A DNA stretch of 28,747 bases from a virus (Duplodnaviria > Caudoviricetes), in IMG/VR virus record IMGVR_UViG_3300027771_000073, positions 1 to 28,747 of that record; one strand, written 5' to 3'. Numbering within the stretch: position 1 is the stretch's first letter; each line of letters opens with the position of its first letter. This document shows positions 1 to 10,700 of the stretch, piece after piece. Position numbers and translations under genes: made by a program. Under the pieces are notes generated by a model. It did not search any database. It had not been told where the DNA came from and was given only the letters and a program-made list of their open reading frames with translations.

Positions 1-2
1 TA

Positions 3-3000
3 TATACTAAGTTGTGGGACAAGGCTTACAATAAAGATTATGTGGATGCTTTAGGTGACAACTATGTTAAAACATATACTAAAGATTATCAAGCTGACTA
101 TACAAAAGTTTGGTCTACAATTTATACTAAAACCTATTCAAAAGATTATAGTGCTGACTATACAACTGTGTATACAAGGATATGGCAGAGTGCAGACTTT
201 AGTAGGATATGGGACGGCCCAGTAGATTATGTTAAAGCATATACAGGTGCTGCAACATGGACAGGAACTCAGAATTATATTGTCAACTATGTTAAGACAT
301 ATACAGGTGTGCTTGATTATGTTAAATCATATCGTACAGATGTTACTTATATAGGTGAAGTAAACTATAGTAAGATTTATTTTAAAGCTTATGTAGGTAC
401 ATTATCTTTCACAGGTATTCATAATTTTGCAGGAGACGTAGCTTATAATAAACTTTATACAGGTGTTGCTTCTAACTACAGTATAGCTGGATATTTAAAA
501 TTATATGAAAAAGATTATTTAAAAAATTATACGGCAGTGTATACTAAGATCTGGGAAAAGGATTATGTTAAAGATTATAGTACTGACTATTTAAAAACTT
601 ATACAAAAATTTGGTCTAAGGATTATGTAAAAGATTATCTAAAAGATTATACTAAAATTTATACTAAAATATGGAATAAAGATTATATAAAAGAGTATAC
701 AAAAGTCTGGCAAAAAGCCTATACTAAGATATGGAATAAAGATTATCTTAAAATATATGTTGAATCATATGCAAAGGCTTATGTAAAAGATTACGATAAA
801 GAATATACAAAAATATGGGTAGGTCCTACTTACTATGGTGGCTATGAGTCTGGATCAGATGAAACTAACTATACTAAAATCTATACTAAAATTTGGTCTA
901 AAGATTATGTAAAAGATTACGTACATTCATTTGCAAAAGATTATTCAAAAGACTATAATAAATTATATGCTAAAGATTATGTAGATGTATATGAAGGCTC
1001 TTTTGATGCCAACTATACAAAGGTATGGGCTAAGATATGGGTTAAAGATTATGATGCCATCTATCTTAAAAATTATGTAAAGGCTTATGATGCCGCCTAT
1101 ACTAAGATATGGGTTAAGACTTATACTAAGGCTTACGATAAAATATATGAAGGTTCATTTGATGCAGACTATACAAAAGTATATGTTAAGACATATACTA
1201 AAGACTACTCTAAAGACTATGGTAAAGTTTATACTAAGACGTGGGCCCAACATTGGCATAAAGATTATGTTAAGACTTATACAAAGATCTGGACTAAAGA
1301 TTATACAAAGATTTATGCTAAAGTATGGGTTGGTGAATACAATAAAGATTATATAAAAGACTACACTAAAATTTATACTAAACTCTGGTCTAAAAATTAT
1401 GTAAAAGCATATGAAGGTTCTTTTGATGGATCGTTTGGTGCCAACTATACTAAGATCTGGGTTGGACCAACATACTATGGTGGCTATGAGTCAGGATCAG
1501 ATGAGACTAACTATACTAAAATCTATGCTAAGGTATGGGTTGGTTCTTATGTAGGTGTCTACAATAAAGATTACGTTAAAGATTATGATGCAGTTTATAC
1601 TAAGATCTGGTCTAAAAATTATGTTAAAACATATGAAGGTTCATTTGATGCTAACTACACTAAGGTATGGCAAAAAGATTATTCCACTGACTATCTTAAA
1701 AACTATGTTAAAGCATACCAGTTATCTTGGACTAAAACTTACACCACAATTTATACTAAAATATGGGATAAAACATATACAAAGATCTGGGTTGGACCAA
1801 CTTACTATGGTGGCTATGAGTCTGGATCAGATGAAACTAACTATACTAAAATCTATACTAAGGCGTGGGATAAAGAATATACTAAGGTATGGTCTAAAGA
1901 CTACCATGTAGATTGGGCTAAAGATTATGGAAAAATATGGACTAAAGTATATTCAAAAGATTACCTTAAAGATTATACTAAAATTTGGTCTAAGGTATGG
2001 GTTGGAGAGTATACTAAGCTTTGGGAAAAAGATTACCTTAAAGATTATACTACAGTATATACTAAGATATGGAATAAAGATTATGTAAAAAGTTATACAA
2101 AAGTATGGTCAAAAGATTATGCTGTTGATTATACTAAAATTTATGCTAAAGTATGGGTAGGAGAATATACTAAAGGTTGGGTTAAAGGTTACGTTAAAAC
2201 TTATACTAAAATTTATACTAAACATTATGATGCAGAGTGGACAAAAAATTGGGTAAAAACATATACCACAATTTACACTAAAGACTATACAACAATTTAT
2301 CTTAAAAATTATGTAAAGGCTTATGATGCCAACTATACTAAGATCTGGACTAAGAACTATCTTAAAAACTATGTTAAAGATTATGAGACAGACTATGTTA
2401 AAACATATACAAAGATCTGGTCTAAAAATTATGTTAAAACATACACTACAGACTATACTAAGATCTGGACTAAAACATATACAAAAGCATATGAAAGAAT
2501 ATGGGCTGTATGGATTGCGTATTATTCTGGGGTAACAGCTTACACATCACCAAAAGCATACACTGCATCTTACACAGGCATATTAAGTTACACAGGTAAC
2601 TATGCATCAGGTGGCTTCTCAAAAGATTATGTTAAAACTTATACAACAATATATGTTAAAACATATTCAAAAGATTACAATAAAGATTATGCATCAGACT
2701 TCTCACGTAACTGGCACAAACTTTGGCAAAAAGATTATGGTACTGAGTACGGTGCTGATTATGCTAAAGATTGGGTTGGACCTACTTACTATGGTGGTTT
2801 TGCTAGTGGTAGTGATACATCTGTTTATAATAAAGTATATGGTAAAGTGTGGACAAGAGATTGGGCTAAGAGTTATGATGCATCTTACACCGCAGTATAT
2901 ACTGGTGCATTTACAAAAACATACACTAAAGATTATAATAAAGACTATACTAAAATTTGGGAGAAGACATATACTAAAGTTTACGAAGGTGGGTCTGCTG

Positions 3001-3500
3001 GTACAAGAACATTCTCAGCTGAAGTATCATTCTTAAATCCTGCTACTGCAGTATCATATGTAAGTGTAAAAAATTATACTACCGGTCTACTGTTCTTTGC
3101 ATTAACAAATTACCTTAAAACTTATACAAAGGCATACACTAAAGTGTGGACTAAGATATGGTCAAAAGATTATAATAAAGACTATACTAAAATATATGCT
3201 GATGGTGATGATAACTATACTAAGATCTGGACTAAAACTTATACAAAAGATTACAGCACAGATTATACTACAGTATACAATAAAGATTATGTAAAAACTT
3301 ATGAGGGTGAAGCTATATTTAATTACAGAGGTACATTTGATGGTCTAATAAATTACAATAAAATATATACTAAGGTTTATAATTTAGATACTAACTTCCT
3401 TCAAACATATAGTCCAACATATACAGGGGATCAATATTTTGAAATAGCTTACACAGGTGAAAGAACATCACATTCAACTTATGTTGGACCTACAAACTTT
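3..3500 (+). repeat. Degenerate 12-nt (4-codon) coding repeat array, [YWF]-x-K-x
   Basis: Aromatic residue every fourth position (YTKI WSKD YVKD...), interrupted by 5-7 residue units and loop motifs at 816-869, 1458-1511, 1788-1841 and variant 2772-2825. Confidence 0.95.
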
Positions 3501-4697
3501 GTTGGATCACATAGTGGTGCATTAGCAAATACTAAACCTCAATTGTTTATTAAGAAAGATGATAACTGGGAACAAGCTAAGAAGCTATGGGTAAGAGAAG
3601 ATGATGTATGGAAAGAAGTACCTTACTTCCATAGTAAAGAAGGTGGTAATTGGAAACTTGTAAACATAGGATATAAACATACAGATGTATATCTTGATTC
3701 CCATGTAGGTAGTGCTCAAGCTAATACAGCTAGTGAATATTATTTAAGAGGTGAAAATGATACAACTGCTACTCCAGATACGTTAGGAGAGTTCTCATCT
3801 AAAGGTTCAGCAACTATTACAGGACACGAAGGTGCTAAGACATCTTACTTTGTAAATGAATTCAACCTAAAAGAATTCTTAGATCATAAAGGTAGAGACA
3901 GTGGAACTTATCCAACAATGACTACTATCCACGTTGGTCAACAAAATCAATTTGATAATTATTTTGTAATGGGATCTAACAATGCAGCAAGACCTGCTAT
4001 TGATCTAACTGGATTTGCATCTATATCAATTAATCAAACAGACGGTGGTAGTGCTCAATCATTCCAACACTTAGTAAGAATTGTTACATATAACAATGGT
4101 TACATTGTAGGTGCTGGTGGAGCTGGTGGAGCAGCTGCAGATAATACAGCAGGTGCTGATGGAGCAAATGGTGGTTCAGCTATTAAGACTGATGCTCATG
4201 TTAAATTATTTGTAGAAAATTATGGTACTATAGGTGGTGGAGCTGGCGGAGGTGGTGCTGGTGGCTTGACAATGTATAGTGATCCGTTAACTGGTGACAA
4301 ATCATCTGAGTTTACTAACCAATCAGGTTCTGGTGGCGGTGGTGGTGCTGGCTTCCCAGGTGGTGCAGCAGGTGCAACAGCAAGTGCTGTAACAGCAGCC
4401 TCAACAGCAGGCCAGTTATTAGTAGGTGGTACAGGAGCTAAACCAGATATATCTACAACACATAACTCAAGAGTATCAGGAGGTACAGGTGGTGTGCTAG
4501 GTGGTATAGGTTATGGTGCTAATATGGATAAAACTGTGACAGGCGTCTCTACAAGAACAATTTGGGCTATGAGTGGTGATGGTGGTATACCAGGTAAAGC
4601 TGTTGATGGATTTGATGCAGCTAGAGTTCACTTTACAGGACCAGGTGGATCTAATAGAGGTAACATTGCTGGTGATGAAACATTCAAATTGGCATAA
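3..4697 (+). CDS. Giant aromatic-x-Lys-x tetrapeptide-repeat fibre-like protein with C-terminal glycine-rich adhesin-like domain (5' partial)
   Basis: The frame is open from the window edge (TAT ACT AAG TTG TGG = YTKLW), so TTG at 12 is not a real start. Repeats run to about 3500. They are followed by a W-containing linker (IKKDDNWEQAKKLWVREDDVWKEV...KEGGNWKLV) and Gly-rich motifs (NNGYIVGAGGAGG...ENYGTIGGGAGGGGAGG) resembling T-even gp38-type adhesins. Confidence 0.8.
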   Translation, partial: YTKLWDKAYNKDYVDALGDNYVKTYTKDYQADYTKVWSTIYTKTYSKDYSADYTTVYTRIWQSADFSRIWDGPVDYVKAYTGAATWTGTQNYIVNYVKTYTGVLDYVKSYRTDVTYIGEVNYSKIYFKAYVGTLSFTGIHNFAGDVAYNKLYTGVASNYSIAGYLKLYEKDYLKNYTAVYTKIWEKDYVKDYSTDYLKTYTKIWSKDYVKDYLKDYTKIYTKIWNKDYIKEYTKVWQKAYTKIWNKDYLKIYVESYAKAYVKDYDKEYTKIWVGPTYYGGYESGSDETNYTKIYTKIWSKDYVKDYVHSFAKDYSKDYNKLYAKDYVDVYEGSFDANYTKVWAKIWVKDYDAIYLKNYVKAYDAAYTKIWVKTYTKAYDKIYEGSFDADYTKVYVKTYTKDYSKDYGKVYTKTWAQHWHKDYVKTYTKIWTKDYTKIYAKVWVGEYNKDYIKDYTKIYTKLWSKNYVKAYEGSFDGSFGANYTKIWVGPTYYGGYESGSDETNYTKIYAKVWVGSYVGVYNKDYVKDYDAVYTKIWSKNYVKTYEGSFDANYTKVWQKDYSTDYLKNYVKAYQLSWTKTYTTIYTKIWDKTYTKIWVGPTYYGGYESGSDETNYTKIYTKAWDKEYTKVWSKDYHVDWAKDYGKIWTKVYSKDYLKDYTKIWSKVWVGEYTKLWEKDYLKDYTTVYTKIWNKDYVKSYTKVWSKDYAVDYTKIYAKVWVGEYTKGWVKGYVKTYTKIYTKHYDAEWTKNWVKTYTTIYTKDYTTIYLKNYVKAYDANYTKIWTKNYLKNYVKDYETDYVKTYTKIWSKNYVKTYTTDYTKIWTKTYTKAYERIWAVWIAYYSGVTAYTSPKAYTASYTGILSYTGNYASGGFSKDYVKTYTTIYVKTYSKDYNKDYASDFSRNWHKLWQKDYGTEYGADYAKDWVGPTYYGGFASGSDTSVYNKVYGKVWTRDWAKSYDASYTAVYTGAFTKTYTKDYNKDYTKIWEKTYTKVYEGGSAGTRTFSAEVSFLNPATAVSYVSVKNYTTGLLFFALTNYLKTYTKAYTKVWTKIWSKDYNKDYTKIYADGDDNYTKIWTKTYTKDYSTDYTTVYNKDYVKTYEGEAIFNYRGTFDGLINYNKIYTKVYNLDTNFLQTYSPTYTGDQYFEIAYTGERTSHSTYVGPTNFVGSHSGALANTKPQLFIKKDDNWEQAKKLWVREDDVWKEVPYFHSKEGGNWKLVNIGYKHTDVYLDSHVGSAQANTASEYYLRGENDTTATPDTLGEFSSKGSATITGHEGAKTSYFVNEFNLKEFLDHKGRDSGTYPTMTTIHVGQQNQFDNYFVMGSNNAARPAIDLTGFASISINQTDGGSAQSFQHLVRIVTYNNGYIVGAGGAGGAAADNTAGADGANGGSAIKTDAHVKLFVENYGTIGGGAGGGGAGGLTMYSDPLTGDKSSEFTNQSGSGGGGGAGFPGGAAGATASAVTAASTAGQLLVGGTGAKPDISTTHNSRVSGGTGGVLGGIGYGANMDKTVTGVSTRTIWAMSGDGGIPGKAVDGFDAARVHFTGPGGSNRGNIAGDETFKLA

Positions 4698-4706
4698 TTA
4701 ATATAT

Positions 4707-4714
4707 CATAAATA
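4707..4714 (+). promoter_or_regulatory. Probable T4-type late promoter variant (CATAAATA)
   Basis: One mismatch to TATAAATA, in the short intergenic gap, upstream of AAGGTG (SD-like) and the ATG at 4734. Confidence 0.6.
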
Positions 4715-4733
4715 AGTAGGTAAAGGTGAACCT

Positions 4734-7700
4734 ATGGCCAACCCACTAAAGATAAAATATTCAGGTAGTACATTCAACGGTCTTCAAACTATGACCAATG
4801 AAAATATGGATCATACTGTCCATCAAATTCTTACTGAGTTTGTGGCTAATACTGGTCCTGGAATTATTTCTACCTCAGGTGATTATACATCTATAGGTTC
4901 TTTTGTTGATACTAGAAGAACAGAAGGTGTAGGTCAAACAACACCAGGTGGTGCTACATCAACTGTCAGTACAACAACAGTACGCCAATGGCAAGGTAAT
5001 AGCAACAATGATGAGTCTGGAATGGTCAGACCATTAGAGTACGTTTCAAGTACATATCCAATTCAAGAACAAACAGACACAACATTAAATGCTTCAATAA
5101 TAAACAGAGCATTAACTAATTTAGTTTCTAATGGTGTTGGGTCTTATGTTATGAATCCTTCTCAACCAAATAGTCAATACACTTCTATACTTACTTTATC
5201 AGATACAGTAACAGGTAATGGTACAGCTTCTAATACAACAACACAAATTTGGAGAAGAACAACTGGTGCCAGCACAACAGCACTATATCCTCTTAAACTT
5301 GGTAGTAGTAGTGGTTCACTTAATGAAATGTCTAATACTAATCTAGCAGCATTTATTAGTAGGTTTAGAAATCAAATGATGACTACTGGTATTGGTAAGT
5401 ATGTATTACAGGAGAATGCTCCAGCATCAGGAACATGGTTAAGACAGGGAGTTGCTTTTACAGATAGAAGACATATATTAGGTTCTGGTAAAACATATAC
5501 AAAAGCTTATACTAAATCTTATGGTGCAGACTATTCAGCTGACTATACAAAAACTTATACCTCTGTATATGTTAAAGAGTATGCTGGTGAATATTCTAAG
5601 ACTTATACAAAACTATATGGTAACTCATATGAAAAAGTTTACGTAGGTGGTTATGCTACAGACTATAGTAAGACATATACTAAAACATATACAAAAACAT
5701 ATGATGGAGAGTATACTAAAACATATACTAAGTTGTGGGTGGGTGAAGTAAATTATACAAAAGATTATGTTAAAGATTACAACAAGGCTTATGAAAAAAT
5801 TTATACTAAAACCTTTACTGGTGACTATACAAAAATTTGGACTAAACTTTATGATAAGATATATGTTAAACAATGGACAAAGAATTATACAAAAGCATAT
5901 ACATCTGCTTACTTAAAAGAGTATATAAAGTTATGGTCAAAAAACTATGTAGCTTCAGAAACATTTGATCACAATTGGGAAAAAATATACACTCATGCAT
6001 GGACAAAGTTATATGAAAAAACATATGTTGGGGACACAGTGTATGGAGGTTCATCAGCTAAAAGTTATTTAACTAACTACGATAGAATATATGAAGGTAC
6101 GTATACAGGAGCAAAAGTATATACAGGTGCATACACTAGCGTTGTTAATTATGAACAGCATTATGCAGGAGACGTTGCATATGAAGGTACCTTTGATGTT
6201 AACTATGCAAAGAATTGGTCTAAGACATACTCAGTTGATTATTTAAAAGGTTATGGTAAAGCATGGTCTAAAGATTATATTGGTAATTACATTCACACAT
6301 TTGTTGGATCATATTCAAAAGATTACTCTGTTGAATATACACATAACTGGACAAAAGAATATAGCAAGATATATGAAGGACATTTTGCTGGTGGTGCATA
6401 TGAAAACCAATGGGAAAAAGGCTACGTTAAATTATATACAAAATTGTGGACTAAAACCTATACAGGTAACTATACAAAGAATTGGGTCAAGTCATATATT
6501 ACACAATACCAAAAAGTTTGGGAAACATCTTATGCTCAAGAATGGCATAAGCTCTATACTAAGATATGGACAAAAGATTATGTTAAGAAGTATCAAAATA
6601 ATTGGTTTAAAAACTATGTAAAAAATTATGAAACAGATTATGTTAAAGCCTATACAAAAATTTATACTAAGTTATGGGATAAGGATTATGTTAAAGCCTA
6701 TACTAAGATCTGGGAAAAAGATTATACTAAGATATATTCAAAAGTATGGTTAGGGTTATATACTAAAGGTTGGGTTAAAGGATATACAAAGGACTATGTA
6801 AAAGCATACACTAAAGTTTGGTCAGCTGATTATAGTACTGACTACAATAAAGACTATATAAAAAATTATGTTAAAACATATACTACAACTTATGAGGGTA
6901 CATTCACAACTGGCTATACTAAAATTTATGCAAAGGTATGGTTGGGTGAGTATACTAAAGGTTGGGTTAAAGGTTATGTAAAAGCTTATGATGCTGCATA
7001 CGAAGGTTCGTTTGATGCTAACTATACTAAGGTATGGCAAAAAGATTATGATGCAGTGTATACTAAGATCTGGACTAAGACATATACTAAAGCATATGAT
7101 AAAGTATACGAAGGTTCGTTTGATGCTAACTATACAAAGATCTGGAATAAAGATTACACTAAGATATATGAAGGTTCTTTTGATGCTAATTATACTAAAG
7201 TATGGGATAAAGAATACACTAAGATTTGGGTAGGTCCAACTTACTATGGTGGCTATGAGTCTGGATCAGATGAGACTAACTACACTAAAATTTATGTTGG
7301 TGCCTGGACTAAAATATATGCTAAAGTATGGGTAGGGGAATATACTAAAGTATGGACTAAGGCCTATGACAAAGTATATGCAAAGGTTTGGGTAGGTGAG
7401 TATACTAAATTATATGAAAAAGATTATCTAAAAGACTACACTAAAATTTATACAAAGATCTGGACTAAAGATTATACAAAGATTTATGCTAAAGTATGGG
7501 TAGGTGAGTATACAAAGATCTGGAATAAGTTATACAACAAAGATTATGTTGATGTATATGAGGGGTCATTTGATGCTAACTATACTAAGATCTGGACTAA
7601 AAATTATGTAGGGGTTTATACTAAAGTATGGAATAAAGATTATATAAAAAATTATGTTAAGACATATACTAAAGTTTGGACTAAGTTATGGGAAACAGAT

Positions 7701-10700
7701 TACCTTAAAAATTATCAAAAGCTATACAATAAAAATTACGTAGATGTATATGAGGGATCGTTTGATGCAGACTATACTAAGATATGGACTAAGACATATA
7801 CTACTGACTATCTAAAAAATTATGTTAAATCTTATGATGCTGATTATAGTAAAGACTATCTTAAAACCTATACAAAGATCTGGCAAAAAGATTATGTTAA
7901 AAGATATAGAAAAAATTACCTCAAAACATATTCCAAAGATTATGAAACAACATATGAGAAAGCATACCAACAATCATTTTCTGCCAGATACTTAAAACAT
8001 TATGAAGGCGACTATACTAAGATATGGGAAAAGAATTATGTTAAAACATATGTAAAAGCCTGGGAAGCTGAGTATGCTAAAGAGTGGCATAGATTGTGGA
8101 CTAAAGATTATGTTAAAGATTATTCAGCTGACTATACTAAAAATTGGGTTAAGACTTATACAAAAATATATGAAGGATCTTTTGATGCTGCGTATACAAA
8201 AGTATGGTCTAAACTTTGGGATAAAGATTATGTCAAAACATACACCACTATCTATACCAAACTATGGGACAAGGATTATGTAAAGACTTATACAAAGTTA
8301 TGGTTGAAAGATTATGATAAAGTGTATACTAAGATCTGGTCAAAAGACTATACTAAAATCTATGCTAAAGTTTGGCTAGGGGAATATACTAAAGGTTGGG
8401 TCAAAGGTTATGTTAAAGCCTATGATGCTGTGTATGAGGGATCGTTTGATGCTAACTATACAAAGGTATGGGCTAAAGATTACAGTACAGACTATCTCAA
8501 AAATTATGTTAAAACATATAGTAAGGCCTATGATAAAGTATACGAAGGATCGTTTGATGCTAACTATACTAAAGTATGGGCTAAAGCTTATGATGCTGTA
8601 TACGAAGGATCGTTTGATGCTAACTATACTAAAGTGTGGGCTAAAGATTATGGTAAAGACTATACTAAAATATATGAGGGATCATTTGATGCTAACTATA
8701 CTAAGATCTGGGTTGGACCAACTTACTATGGTGGCTATGAGTCTGGATCAGATGAGACTAACTATACTAAAATCTATGCTAAAGTCTGGCTAGGTGAGTA
8801 TACTAAAGTTTGGGCTAAGGTATGGACTAAAGATTATACAAAGATATACTCTAAAGTTTGGGTAGGAGAGTATACTAAAATTTGGCAAAAAGATTATACT
8901 AAAATTTATGCAAAAGTATGGGTAGGTGAGTATACAAAAGTTTGGACTAAAGATTATCTTAAAGATTATGTTAAGACTTATACAAAGATCTGGACTAAAG
9001 ACTATACTAAAATATATGCAAAGGTTTGGGTTGGAGAGTATACTAAGATTTGGAATAAGCTATACAATAAAGATTATGTAGATGTATATGAAGGTTCGTT
9101 TGATGCTAACTATACTAAGGTATGGGTCAAAGATTACTCCACAGACTATACTAAAGCATGGCAAAAAGCTTATTCAAAAGACTATCTTAAAAACTATGTA
9201 AAGAGTTATGATGCAGAGTATACTAAGATCTGGGAAAAAAATTATGTAAAGAGTTATGGTGCTGACTATACTAAAATTTATAATAAGGTATGGGTAGGAG
9301 AGTATACAAAGATCTGGGAAAAAGATTATGTAAAAATCTATACAAAGTTATGGTCTAAAAATTATCTTAAAGATTATGAGGCAGCATATCAAGACTCGTG
9401 GACTGCAAATTATGTAAAAGCATATGAAAAGCTATACACAAAAGTATGGACTAAAGCATATGAGGGATCATTTGATGCTAACTATACTAAGATATGGGTT
9501 AAGACTTATACAACAGATTATAATAAAGACTATCTTAAAAATTATGTCAAGGCCTATACAACAACATATGATAAAGATTATGTTAAAGCCTATACTAAGA
9601 TCTGGTCAAAAGACTATACTAAAATATATGCTAAAGTCTGGCTAGGGGAATATACTAAAGGTTGGGTTAAAGGTTATGTTAAAGATTATGTGAAAACATA
9701 TACAACAACTTATGAAGGTACATTTGATACAGCATATGTTAAAACCTATACTAAGGTATGGAATAAAGATTATGTTAAAAATTACGTAAAGACATACAGT
9801 AAAGATTATGATGCTGTATATGAAGGATCCTTTGATGCAACATATGTTAAAACATATTCCAAAGATTACACTACAACCTACGATAAAGATTATCTTAAAA
9901 TTTATGTTAACACATGGGCTCAACATTGGCATAAAGATTATGTTAAAACTTATACTAAAATTTGGACTAAAGACTATACAAAGATTTATGCTAAAGTATG
10001 GGTGGGTGTATATGAAAAAGATTATGTAAAAGACTACACTAAAATTTATACAAAACTTTGGTCTAAAAATTATGTTAAATCATATGAGGGATCTTTTGAT
10101 GGTTCATTTGATGCTAACTATACTAAGATATGGGTAGGCCCAACTTACTATGGTGGCTATGAGTCTGGAGATGATGAAACTAACTATACTAAAATTTATG
10201 CTAAGGTATGGGTTGGTTCTTATGTAGGTGTGTACAATAAAGATTACGTTAAAGATTATGATGCAGTCTATACCAAAATTTGGTCCAAGACTTATGTTAA
10301 AGCCTATGAAGGTAGCTTTGATGCTAACTATACTAAAGTATGGCAAAAGGATTATTCAAAAGACTATCTTAAAAACTATGTTAAAGCATATCAATTATCT
10401 TGGACTAAAGATTATACAAAGATTTATGCTAAAGTATGGGATAAAGAATACACTAAGATTTGGGTAGGTCCAACATACTATGGTGGCTATGAGTCAGGAT
10501 CAGATGAGACTAACTATACTAAAATTTATACTAAAGTATGGGGTAAAGATTATACAAAGATATGGTCTAAAGACTACCATGTTGATTGGACTAAAAATTA
10601 TGAAAAAGTATGGACTAAAATTTATACTAAGATCTGGACTAAAGACTATAATAAAGATTATGCAAAGGTTTGGGTAGGTGAGTATACAAAGATCTGGGTT

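Noticed and set aside
12-14. TTG start of the first ORF
   Set aside because: The frame is open upstream and the codon falls in the middle of a repeat (YTKL-W); the gene begins outside the window.
816-10514. 54-bp repeats as a CRISPR array
   Set aside because: Copies are in frame, vary synonymously and are separated by hundreds to thousands of coding bases; no cas genes are present.
1242-10586. Duplicated 672-bp block as the template/variable repeat of a diversity-generating retroelement
   Set aside because: No reverse transcriptase in the window, both copies are coding, and the differences are not confined to adenines.
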